Part shown: piece after piece, positions 36,121 through 44,819 of the stretch
Numbering within the stretch: position 1 is the first letter of the stretch
Layout of the letters: every line of letters begins with the position of its first letter
Assembly (NCBI GenBank): GCA_016187335.1
Contig: JACPJW010000002.1
Coordinates: forward strand, 1 to 64,000
Origin: Candidatus Aenigmatarchaeota archaeon
GTDB lineage: Archaea; Aenigmatarchaeota; Aenigmatarchaeia; GW2011-AR5
Direction of reading: 5' to 3'
DNA length: 64,000 nucleotides
Notes under the pieces: model-generated
The model's database searches: none
What the model was told of the DNA's origin: nothing
Seen by the model: only the letters and a program-made list of their open reading frames with translations
Position numbers and translations under genes: made by a program

Positions 36121-36342
36121 CTAAGCCACTTCGAATTTCGCTTCTATAGGCACTCTGAAGCCCTTTTCGATTTCAGATCTTTTTTGGAAATTGAGTATTG
36201 TAAAGCCTATTATTTTGCCTCTCTTATCTTTCCTCACTACTATATCCTTGCCTATTTCCTCAGAAACCGCTTTTTTCGGCTTGCCTATAGAAATGTCCAA
36301 GACATCTCCATCTTCATCATAAAAAAACGTCATTTTTTCCAT
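36121..36342 (-). CDS. DUF2283-family protein
   Basis: YDEDGDVLDI...EEIGKDIVVRKD..GKIIGFTILN. Confidence 0.85.
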   Translation of the reverse strand: MEKMTFFYDEDGDVLDISIGKPKKAVSEEIGKDIVVRKDKRGKIIGFTILNFQKRSEIEKGFRVPIEAKFEVA

Positions 36343-36363
36343 ATTATTTCGCCTTTAACGAAT

Positions 36364-36585
36364 TTATTTTCGGTAGATTCTCATAAATTCTTCTCTTGAA
36401 ATCCCGCAATCGTCAAGGATAGACTTCAGCGTTCCAATGTCCAATTCTCTGTGAAGCGGAATAGTAACGAAAGCTTTGTCATTTGTTATTGTTATATGGT
36501 CGCCACGCTGCCTTATGGGGCGGAAACCAAAACGTTTGTAGAGGATTTTCAGCAGTTCTTTTCCAGAAATAATTGGAAGCTTCAT
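36364..36585 (-). CDS. hicA: HicA-family toxin
   Basis: ISGKELLKIL..GF...RQRGDH...TIPLHRELDIGTLKSIL. Confidence 0.9.
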   Translation of the reverse strand: MKLPIISGKELLKILYKRFGFRPIRQRGDHITITNDKAFVTIPLHRELDIGTLKSILDDCGISREEFMRIYRK

Positions 36586-36589
36586 AGAA

Positions 36590-36796
36590 TCAGGCTTGGA
36601 TTATTTTGCCCCTTTCAATGTGCACTTTTCCGTGCTCTATCATGTATTCAACCATGGATTCCAGGTGCAAGTCAATAGCTTCCTTTAAATTTTCCTTTGC
36701 CTCTTCCAAAGTCTTTCCTTGGGTTGTAACGCCTAACTCAGGGCATCTTGCTATGAAATATTTCCTTCCTTTCTTTATATTTACTGAAAGTTGCAT
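36590..36796 (-). CDS. hicB: HicB-family antitoxin
   Basis: FIARCPELGVTTQGKTLEEAKENLKEAIDLHLE. Confidence 0.9.
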   Translation of the reverse strand: MQLSVNIKKGRKYFIARCPELGVTTQGKTLEEAKENLKEAIDLHLESMVEYMIEHGKVHIERGKIIQA

Positions 36797-36831
36797 ACTA
36801 ATTATTTCTCAAACGAATATTAAAACCTTTT

Positions 36832-37614
36832 TTATATCTCCAGCCCGAACACCTTCGCCGCGTTCGCTTCTGTCGCCTGCAAAATATGCTCCGGCTTCAT
36901 CTCCTTGATTTCCGCAATAATTTTCGCGCTCTCGATTATATTCCACGGATAATTCTTGCCCTCGCGCTCAAACGGATGCAGCCACGGCGAATCCGTTTCC
37001 AGAAGCAGTTTATCCAGCGGCGTTTTCGCCGCAAGCCGCTTGTGCTTGCTGCTGCGTCCGATTATTGTCGATATGGAAATGTAGTAGCCCTGCTCTACAG
37101 CATGTAGCAACTCCTCGTCGCTGCCGGAGAATGAATGCATGGCAACGCCGCGCGCGTTGTTGTCCGTGAGCAGCTTCAGGGCATCGCTGAACGCCGTTTT
37201 CTTTTCCTCGCTGTTGCGCGCATGTATCTGCAGAGGCTTTTTTAACTGGTTGGATAGTTCAATGAACTGCACGAAAGCTTCCTCGGCGCGCTTCCGCTTT
37301 TCCTGCTCCTTCACCCAGAAATAATCAATGCCCACTTCGCCGATGCTCACCAGATGCTTCTTGTTGTCCTTGATGAACTGGAGCACCTCATCCATTTCCT
37401 TTTCAGAAGCTGACGCAGCTCCTTCGGGATGTAGTCCTGCTGAGGAGAAAACGAATTTCGGGTATTTTTTGCTAAGGTCAAGGGATTGCACAGCTTCCTT
37501 GATGTCCGTTGCTATGTTTATGAGTGCTTTCAGCTTGTGCATTGACTCCTTGATGACTTCATCAGGATTGCCCATCAGGATAACATGGCAATGGATGTCG
37601 ATGCCGTGATTCAT
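36832..37614 (-). CDS. tatD: TatD-family deoxyribonuclease
   Basis: DIHCH, GLHP, IGEVGID, IHAR, HSF, LLETDSP. Confidence 0.95.
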   Translation of the reverse strand: MNHGIDIHCHVILMGNPDEVIKESMHKLKALINIATDIKEAVQSLDLSKKYPKFVFSSAGLHPEGAASASEKEMDEVLQFIKDNKKHLVSIGEVGIDYFWVKEQEKRKRAEEAFVQFIELSNQLKKPLQIHARNSEEKKTAFSDALKLLTDNNARGVAMHSFSGSDEELLHAVEQGYYISISTIIGRSSKHKRLAAKTPLDKLLLETDSPWLHPFEREGKNYPWNIIESAKIIAEIKEMKPEHILQATEANAAKVFGLEI

Positions 37615-37645
37615 GCAAGAACATTAATGCCTTCCGTTTTAATTC

Positions 37646-38278
37646 TTATTCATACCCGTGCTTGCCTTTGAGCGGCACGAAGGCGTAATAGCCAAGAAAA
37701 GTTTTCTTAATTTCTTTGTTCTTTTCAACCAAGAACATCTCGTCGCCGACGGGTATGACGAGCTTGCCGCCCTTTTTTAATTGGTCTATTAATGGTTCGG
37801 GTATGTTCGGTGCCGCCGCTGTAACAATGATGCGGTCGTAGGGTTTTTCTTTTTCGTAGCCTTGTGAGCCGTCGTGAAGAATGACGAAAACGTTTTTGTA
37901 GCCGCAGCGTTTCAGGTTCTCTTCGGCGAATTTGGCCAATCCAGGGATAAATTCCGTCGTGATGATTTTTCCTTTGTTGCCGGCAATCTCGGCGAGGATG
38001 GCTGCCTGGTATCCGCTGCCTGAGCCTACTTCCAGTATTTTCTGTCCCTTTTCGGGCTGCAGCGCCTCGGTCATTGCAGCAACAGTCAGCGGCTGCGATA
38101 TTGTCTGCCCCGCTGCTATCGGCAAAGGCTCGTTGGCGTAGGCATGGTCACGGAATTGCGGAAGAACGAACTCCTCGCGGGGAACTTTTCTGAAGGCGGC
38201 TATTATTTCTTCTGTCCTGAGAAAGCCCGTTTCGATTATTTCCCTGACCAGCTTCTCCCTTTTTTCTTTGAAAGACAT
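37646..38278 (-). CDS. pcm: Protein-L-isoaspartate O-methyltransferase
   Basis: VPREEFV, GQTISQP, LEVGSGSGYQAA, YDRIIVTAAA, FVPLKG. Confidence 0.96.
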   Translation of the reverse strand: MSFKEKREKLVREIIETGFLRTEEIIAAFRKVPREEFVLPQFRDHAYANEPLPIAAGQTISQPLTVAAMTEALQPEKGQKILEVGSGSGYQAAILAEIAGNKGKIITTEFIPGLAKFAEENLKRCGYKNVFVILHDGSQGYEKEKPYDRIIVTAAAPNIPEPLIDQLKKGGKLVIPVGDEMFLVEKNKEIKKTFLGYYAFVPLKGKHGYE

Positions 38279-38320
38279 TATTATATAGTGTCAGAAAGAG
38301 CATTTAGGTTTGCCAGATTG

Positions 38321-38986
38321 CTATTGTGAGATCCGCGCTCTTGACTTTTGCGCATATACAGGGATTTCGACGCACGCCTTCAGCCTTCTCCTGCCGAAAT
38401 CGAGCGCGTCTCTTTTGCTCTCGAAATAGACGTCCAGCCTCCTGCCCTTTATGGCGCCTCCTCGGTCCTCTGTATTCAGAACCGGCGGAACGCCTGCTCT
38501 CTGAAGCGCCTTTTTCGCGATAGGCGGTAATGCCGTGGATTCATGGCTAGAAGGATCGAAAGCTTCTATTCTTATCATTGACCCGAACGGGATTGAAGGG
38601 TCCGCCGCCGCCATCCCGAGTTTCACGGGCTTTCCTCTGTTGGCCGCCAATCCTTTGCAGTTCATCCCAAAGTCGCAGGCAGTGTAGGCCGTTACCTCGT
38701 ATTCCGAGCATATTCCAGCTGATGCCCTGTAAGGCATTTTCTGCGGCCTGAAGTACGGGACTTTGGTGCCTCTTCCGTTTTCTTTAAAGGATTCTACGCC
38801 GCCTTTGTATTGATGCCATTGAAAGAACGGTACAGGGACGTTCAGGTAATTTTCACCCGCAGCTGTGCTGGATTTTTCTGGAAGCGATGAATATTTCTTC
38901 TGCACGTCAACAATGGAAGGCTTCGCAACCAGAAGCGCAGCCGCCGCCAGCAAAGCCGCAAAAAATCTCCTGCTTCTGTACTGCAT
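38321..38986 (-). CDS. Secreted 3D-domain protein (MltA-related fold)
   Basis: N-terminal hydrophobic signal; VTAY, AADPSIPFGS, EDRGGAIKGRRLDVY. Confidence 0.88.
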   Translation of the reverse strand: MQYRSRRFFAALLAAAALLVAKPSIVDVQKKYSSLPEKSSTAAGENYLNVPVPFFQWHQYKGGVESFKENGRGTKVPYFRPQKMPYRASAGICSEYEVTAYTACDFGMNCKGLAANRGKPVKLGMAAADPSIPFGSMIRIEAFDPSSHESTALPPIAKKALQRAGVPPVLNTEDRGGAIKGRRLDVYFESKRDALDFGRRRLKACVEIPVYAQKSRARISQ

Positions 38987-39023
38987 AAAATCACGTTTAA
39001 CAGTCAAGAAATTAAGATGACTA

Positions 39024-39266
39024 TTAATCAGGAACATAGCGTCCCGCTAGAATATCCGGCATTCTTTTCCATATTTTTTCTTCTGCCTGCGCAGCATCAT
39101 TGAGCATCCTGATTGTGTCTTCGTTTCTCACGGGTCTGTAAAATGTAAAAATCCAGAATCCGTGACGCCGGTAGTATTCTCCATCCGGGTCTACGTAATA
39201 CCGCCCGAGCTCTCTCCTTCGGGGGGAAACCATCCGGAAGGAATATTGAGGATTTTTCAGGGACAT
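39024..39266 (-). CDS. Hypothetical protein
   Basis: 80 aa ORF co-oriented with the 3D gene. Confidence 0.5.
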   Translation of the reverse strand: MSLKNPQYSFRMVSPRRRELGRYYVDPDGEYYRRHGFWIFTFYRPVRNEDTIRMLNDAAQAEEKIWKRMPDILAGRYVPD

Positions 39267-39364
39267 TATGACAGTTGACGGGATAATGATATGAAATCAT
39301 AACTTCATACGTATGAATACAATATTGCAAAAGTATTAAAATATACTGTATGCTAATTATTACA

Positions 39365-39748
39365 ATGAAATCAAGGATTATCGGAAAGGAGTTTTGTGAC
39401 CTTACCAGATTTCTCCAGCTTAGCCCGGCGAAGATCAACATCTACAGGCTGCTTTTCATGAAGCCGATGACGATAACCAGCCTGGAAAGGAATACAAAGC
39501 TTTCCGAGCGCATGGTAAGGGGGCATATCAGGGACATGCTGCGCAAAGGCTTTGTCGAAAGGAATCCTGTCATAGAGAATAACCGTCTAGCCTACGTTTA
39601 CCGCGCTGTGTCGCCGCTCCGCGCGCTTGACATGATAGAGGACATTGCGAAGAACGCCGAGAAGCTGAGAAAGGAATACAGGCACCAGATTTTGAAAGGA
39701 ACAAATGAGAGCATAAATAAAAGCCGCTGGGCAATGAAGAAATTATAA
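39365..39748 (+). CDS. Winged-HTH transcriptional regulator (TrmB-like)
   Basis: LSPAKINIYRLL...LSERMVRGHIRDMLRKGFV...YVYRAVSP. Confidence 0.8.
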   Translation: MKSRIIGKEFCDLTRFLQLSPAKINIYRLLFMKPMTITSLERNTKLSERMVRGHIRDMLRKGFVERNPVIENNRLAYVYRAVSPLRALDMIEDIAKNAEKLRKEYRHQILKGTNESINKSRWAMKKL

Positions 39749-39769
39749 TCCAAAGACACCTGACTCATG

Positions 39770-40075
39770 CTATCTTTTAGCCTGGGCTGGGTTGAAATCA
39801 AATTTCACGCCTTGAATTCTGCCTAAAGTCCTCTGAACTTGGCCTATTTTTCTTTCCGGAAAGACTTTGTCATATGTTACGCCGACAGTCAAGCCTGAAT
39901 AGATTGTTCCTGAAAACTCAGCAGCCAAACTGCTGAGCAGAGTGTCAAGGTCACCCGTTCTTTGTTCCTGTTTTGGTTCTGGGATTCCGGCATAAATTAT
40001 CGTAACCCTGTTCACGCCGGCAAAATAGCCTTCCTGGAATTCAATCCCGAATGTCAGGCTTCTTATTGGTGCCAT
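39770..40075 (-). CDS. Hypothetical protein
   Basis: 101 aa ORF, no motif recognised. Confidence 0.55.
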   Translation of the reverse strand: MAPIRSLTFGIEFQEGYFAGVNRVTIIYAGIPEPKQEQRTGDLDTLLSSLAAEFSGTIYSGLTVGVTYDKVFPERKIGQVQRTLGRIQGVKFDFNPAQAKR

Positions 40076-40119
40076 AAGAGAACTTATTTCAAAGAAAAAG
40101 CTTTTATTCTTTGTCTTGA

Positions 40120-40353
40120 CTATCCCAGCTTCCTGTCTATGTCGGTCAGAATCTGCGAGACGTCCTCTACGTCGCCGCTTATGTTGGTGACAGCTTCTCC
40201 GACCTCGCTCTCGCTTTTTATCGTTGTTTTCGGCTGGGAAACGCAGCCTGACAGGAAGACCACGGAAATAAGCAGGAAAATTATCAAGACGGAAGCTATT
40301 GTTCTTTTTAGTTTATTGCTGGAAGTTCTGCTGGTTTTTTCTGACGCTGGCAT
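40120..40353 (-). CDS. Small putative lipoprotein
   Basis: Hydrophobic helix ending FLSGC, then a helical tail. Confidence 0.7.
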   Translation of the reverse strand: MPASEKTSRTSSNKLKRTIASVLIIFLLISVVFLSGCVSQPKTTIKSESEVGEAVTNISGDVEDVSQILTDIDRKLG

Positions 40354-40427
40354 TTTTTCACCACATTTTTCATCTTTATTTTACTCAAACTTAACTTTCC
40401 ATTCTATTTTTATTACTCCAAGCCGGC

Positions 40428-43400
40428 TTACGCCGGCTTTGCTTCCGCCCTTCTGCAGTCAGGGCAGAACGAGCATTCGCCGGGGTCGCATATGTTGTTG
40501 CTCAGGCAGCCGGAGCACTGCTCGCCTTGCGGCGGCTGGAATTGCTGTTGCGGTGCCGCCGTTGCTGTTCCGCCCGCTCCGCCTCCGCTTGTCCCGCCCC
40601 TGCAGTCAACCTGGCATGCAGTCGGATTGTTCCGCTCGAAGTCGTCGCAGATGCCGTCGCCGCAAAGGTTGTAGCCTTCCTGCGGCTGCTGTTGAATTGA
40701 TTGCACCTGCTGCACCGGCTGCTGGAATTGTCCTTGTGGCTGCTGGAACTGCTGCGGCTGATTGAATTCGCCGCCTTCAAATTCGCTGAACTCTTCTCTT
40801 CTTCCAAAGCCAGAGCCGCCTCCTTTGCCGCTTGCTAGCTGCTCAAGTCCCTGCTTTGCTTCTGCTGGCAGATACTGCCCTAAATATTGCAGGCATTCTT
40901 TCGCTTCTGAAGGTCCGCGGCCGCAGTAATCCTTGCATTCCTCGCCGCTGCATTTGCCCGGCACGCCTGGCGCATTTTGCCCGCCTGTTCCATACTTCTT
41001 CATCAGTTCAACCATAGGGCCCTCGCAGTAAGGGAATATATCCTTCTCAGGGTTGTTCACGCCGAGTGCGTAATTCTTTATCTTGCACGTCATGTCGTAA
41101 GGCGGCTTGACTCCGGGTATTGCTCCCGCAGGCGGACCCTCTCCTTCCGGCAGCACGGCGTACATAATGCAGGCGTCGCCTTCAAGCCCGCGCACTTCAA
41201 CCTTCGGCCCCTTGCTGCCTTCAGGATAGAATATGAGCTTCTTGCACAGCCGGAATCCCCTGTTGAAGCACTCTCCGTCAGAGCCGCACTCAGTGTCGCT
41301 GGTTGCCGCTACGGCCTCGAAGTTGTCGCCTACCTTGACAGCCTGCGACTCCTTTATGCTGTTGACGTCATCACTGGAGCTCAGCATGAGATACAAGGCA
41401 TCCTTCATCATGACGTCTTTTATATAGCGGATGTCGCCCTTGACTCCGATGAGGTCGTTCTCGCCCGGCGTTCCTTTCTGGACAATGTCCCGCAGCTTTG
41501 TTTTTATCTCGTCAACCTTGCCTTTTGCTGCCGAGAACATGTTTGAAACGCGCCTGTACCGGCCTTCGTCTGCTGATTTCGTCGATTCGTAATAATTCGC
41601 GATATCCTCTGTTTTCTTTGCCAGCCTGTCCAGTTCTATTCTCAGTTCCTCCATCTTGAATGCCATCGAAAGAAGGTCCGATGATTCGGGTATTTTCTCT
41701 ATGGACTCTACATCCGCTTCCCTTATGTCGCCCTTTACAACGCATTGCGAGAGCGACACGCATCCGCTGTTGTCCCTTCGCACAATCATTTCGCCGCCCT
41801 GCTGCCCGCATTTTTCGTAGGCTTCTTTCGGCAGGTCGCGCGAGCACTGCGACGTCTCGCCGCATTTCATCAGGGGGCATCCGCTTTCATCAAAATCTTT
41901 TATGACGGAAAGCCCCTTTTCAAGGCAGCTGCCTTCAATTCTCTGCCTCTGCTCCAGCGGTATTGGCTCGCATCCGCTTTTCGTCGGCTTTGAAGAGCAT
42001 TTGGAAATCCTGCAGCCGCCCTGGGTAGAAAACACAAGGCCGAGACCCAGCTGCTCGCAGCCTTTTCGCGTCGCCTCTACTTCCCTTTCAGTTTCGCTCC
42101 GGCACTTCTTTCCCTGCTCAAGCGGGTTCAGTTCCGGCAGAAGCTGCGGCGAAGATTCGCCGAAAGAGCAGTCAGGAAAGCTGCAGCCGTTGACATCGTT
42201 CCTTATTTGGAATCTTCCTCCTTTTGCTTCGCATGTCTGCTTTGCATCATGCGGTATTGAAAATTCAGGGCACGTGCGCCTTATGTCTTCGCACACGACC
42301 TTCACGAAGCCTGTTTCCTTCTCAACTTCCTGCCTGCATCCCTGCGGTATTCTGTCTTCTGAAACGCGGCACGGCTCGCAGAACCTGCCGCCCCTTGGGT
42401 CTGTCCTGCATGCCGCAAAAGATCCGTCAGGGCATTTTATCCTGTCCGGTTCCGCTCCGACGCAGTCCTGCCGGCAGTTTTGCGAGTTTTCTCCGCCGCT
42501 GCATACGCTGTCGCCGCAGCATGTTGCAGGACCCCTACATCCTCTCTCGTCGAACGAGCCGCTGACTGAATAGCCGCGCTCGCACACAGGCGCGGGATGG
42601 ACAGGACACTCCTGCCTTTGGCAGTCGCTCGGGCACGTTCCTGCATAAGACGGCTGTCCTAAGCAGCCTGGGTCGGCTCCCGGCCCGCATCCTCCCGTCA
42701 CATCCGCTTCTCCTTCTTCGCATATATTGTTTCCGCAGGCGGCTTTCCCTCTGCAGTCATCAGGGCACGTCACGGAACTTTCTGCTGCTTCGCATACGCC
42801 GTTGCCGCACGTGCTTGTCCTGCCCGGGCACCTGTCAACCTTGTTCCATCCGGGCGGCAGGCATGAATTAGAGAATTCCTTGCAGTTGCCTGCTGCATCC
42901 GTCGCGGGCGTTATGACGGTAACGCATGCTTCCGTCTTTCCCAAAGGCGTGCATAAATATCCGGTCACGCAGCCCTTGCTGTCGTATTCCGCTCTCGCGT
43001 AAGCGCCCGAAGAGCATTGTGGTTGCGCAGGCGGCGTTGGGCATGTTGTTGTCTGGTTTTGGGGAGGTTGCGGAGGAGGCGATGGCGGCGGCGCTGTTGT
43101 TTGGTTTTGTTGTGTCGTGGTTGTCTGCTGCTGCTCATGTCCCGTGCATGATGCATCGCAAGGTCTGCAGCCTGAACCGGCGTCGCAAGTCTGCTGGCAC
43201 TTTGCTTCAAATCCGTCGGGGCATACTTTTTTTGTTTCCCCGCAGGAAGTTGCCTGCTCATTATATTTACATTGCCCTGTGGAAGATTCGCATGTTCCCG
43301 GAGAATATGTGATATAGCTGTTGCCCCTGCACGAAGCGGCAGGCGGGCTGTTGCACGAAACGCCGGCGCACGGGTCCGGCGGCGGTGCCTGTTGCTGTCC

Positions 43401-43475
43401 CGACGTGTCATTTTGCGCGAAAACGACTGAGAGGAACAAAGAAGCAACTAACGCAATTACGAACGCCTTGCGCAT
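40428..43475 (-). CDS. Large cysteine-rich secreted protein
   Basis: Signal peptide; CGNGVCE..CPDDC repeats; six C..C..G..D..GC..C repeats; coiled coil; Q/P-rich linkers. Confidence 0.9.
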   Translation of the reverse strand: MRKAFVIALVASLFLSVVFAQNDTSGQQQAPPPDPCAGVSCNSPPAASCRGNSYITYSPGTCESSTGQCKYNEQATSCGETKKVCPDGFEAKCQQTCDAGSGCRPCDASCTGHEQQQTTTTQQNQTTAPPPSPPPQPPQNQTTTCPTPPAQPQCSSGAYARAEYDSKGCVTGYLCTPLGKTEACVTVITPATDAAGNCKEFSNSCLPPGWNKVDRCPGRTSTCGNGVCEAAESSVTCPDDCRGKAACGNNICEEGEADVTGGCGPGADPGCLGQPSYAGTCPSDCQRQECPVHPAPVCERGYSVSGSFDERGCRGPATCCGDSVCSGGENSQNCRQDCVGAEPDRIKCPDGSFAACRTDPRGGRFCEPCRVSEDRIPQGCRQEVEKETGFVKVVCEDIRRTCPEFSIPHDAKQTCEAKGGRFQIRNDVNGCSFPDCSFGESSPQLLPELNPLEQGKKCRSETEREVEATRKGCEQLGLGLVFSTQGGCRISKCSSKPTKSGCEPIPLEQRQRIEGSCLEKGLSVIKDFDESGCPLMKCGETSQCSRDLPKEAYEKCGQQGGEMIVRRDNSGCVSLSQCVVKGDIREADVESIEKIPESSDLLSMAFKMEELRIELDRLAKKTEDIANYYESTKSADEGRYRRVSNMFSAAKGKVDEIKTKLRDIVQKGTPGENDLIGVKGDIRYIKDVMMKDALYLMLSSSDDVNSIKESQAVKVGDNFEAVAATSDTECGSDGECFNRGFRLCKKLIFYPEGSKGPKVEVRGLEGDACIMYAVLPEGEGPPAGAIPGVKPPYDMTCKIKNYALGVNNPEKDIFPYCEGPMVELMKKYGTGGQNAPGVPGKCSGEECKDYCGRGPSEAKECLQYLGQYLPAEAKQGLEQLASGKGGGSGFGRREEFSEFEGGEFNQPQQFQQPQGQFQQPVQQVQSIQQQPQEGYNLCGDGICDDFERNNPTACQVDCRGGTSGGGAGGTATAAPQQQFQPPQGEQCSGCLSNNICDPGECSFCPDCRRAEAKPA

Positions 43476-43805
43476 TTTAAAACTTGGTTTTGGTTCATAT
43501 ATAAGCGTTTTATGTAGGGTAAAAAAGAATCAAGGCAAAAACGAAACAAAAAAATCCGGAACCGCTTCAATTTCCTGAAAACCGATTTTGACGAATAAGG
43601 AGCTTCTGAAAAACTCAAGGGGACGTTGCGCTTTCGCCTTCGACTCACCATCACTTAACAGGCATTAGACAAAATATTTTTATACTCGTTTTATATATTG
43701 CACGGTCGTCGGACGCAAAGTATTATCTACAAGGGCTTGAATTTTTAACAAATTAGATGGATGAACCGATTGAAACATTTTATATTTATCTAGGCTACTT
43801 TAATT

Positions 43806-44648
43806 ATGGGAATTTTCGACAGATTCAAAAAGTCTATTATTTCAAAAGAAGATGTTATAGAAAATTTTATTTATTTAAAAGAAGATCCGACCCAACAAAT
43901 ACAATATGAAATTAAAAACGGAATTATACATTTTCGAAATCTAAATGTCACCAATGTTCTAGGAGTTGATTTGCGAATTAATAAGACTTGGTATAGACTT
44001 TGCAACTGGGAGGGATTTCATATTTATGTCATGGGATTGGTTGGGGGTTGGAATGCAATAGAAGGCATGATACAGCTTAGTGATTCTTTGAAAAAAGGAA
44101 ATATACCAGATATGATAAAAAATGCTGATGAAAAAACATTAAAAGAAATTAAAAACTATAAACCACCAGAAAATTTTGTTACTATTAAAGATAAAATTGA
44201 GAAAATGAGTAAATCGGAAATAAAAAAGATAAAGAAAGTCAAGGAAATTATAGGAAGCGAGAAATTAATTCTTTCGCATACAGTAGATCAACTAAGTTTT
44301 ATAATTAATCTTATCAAGAAGGACAAAAAAATACAAACAACTAAAAATAAGCCTGTTGCTGAAATAGAAAGTTTTATCTACAAAAAACCTGTATTTTCCA
44401 TGGATACAGATGAAATGGAACTAAAATTAGTTAGATTTTTCATATTACAAGATAAAATTACCCCAGAACACGCAAAACTAATTCTACCAGTCGTCAAAGA
44501 TTTTCTTGATGGAATAATGAATCAACCAGGAGTTCTAATACCAAAAGAAACAATTGAATTGGAAATAAAATACTTCAAAAACTATATCAAAATTTTAAAA
44601 AAATCAATAAAAGATAATTCAACAATAGAACCTCTGCTCTTGAAATGA
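43806..44648 (+). CDS. AT-rich hypothetical protein
   Basis: 280 aa open frame, Lys/Ile-rich. Confidence 0.75.
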   Translation: MGIFDRFKKSIISKEDVIENFIYLKEDPTQQIQYEIKNGIIHFRNLNVTNVLGVDLRINKTWYRLCNWEGFHIYVMGLVGGWNAIEGMIQLSDSLKKGNIPDMIKNADEKTLKEIKNYKPPENFVTIKDKIEKMSKSEIKKIKKVKEIIGSEKLILSHTVDQLSFIINLIKKDKKIQTTKNKPVAEIESFIYKKPVFSMDTDEMELKLVRFFILQDKITPEHAKLILPVVKDFLDGIMNQPGVLIPKETIELEIKYFKNYIKILKKSIKDNSTIEPLLLK

Positions 44649-44652
44649 AATA

Positions 44653-44775
44653 GGGAACTTAGGTCCCCCATAACCCTCCTTGTGTGCGACTCGCTTCCAC
44701 TGCGGGTTCCTATGAAATTTGTGAAGAACCCACAGTATTCCCGCTAGGCGAATAACTACGGAATTTGCCCTCCGT
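44653..44775. ncRNA. Candidate structured element between convergent genes
   Basis: Stems GGGA/TCCC, ACTG.GGGTTC/GAACCC.CAGT and ACGGA/TCCGT; no family recognised. Confidence 0.25.
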
Positions 44776-44819
44776 CATACGCCTTAAAATCAATCTAAGT
44801 TAATGAAGGTCTCCAGAGG

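Noticed and set aside
43639-43650. TTCGACTC...ACCA as a tRNA 3' fragment
   Set aside because: No T-stem or acceptor pairing can be formed
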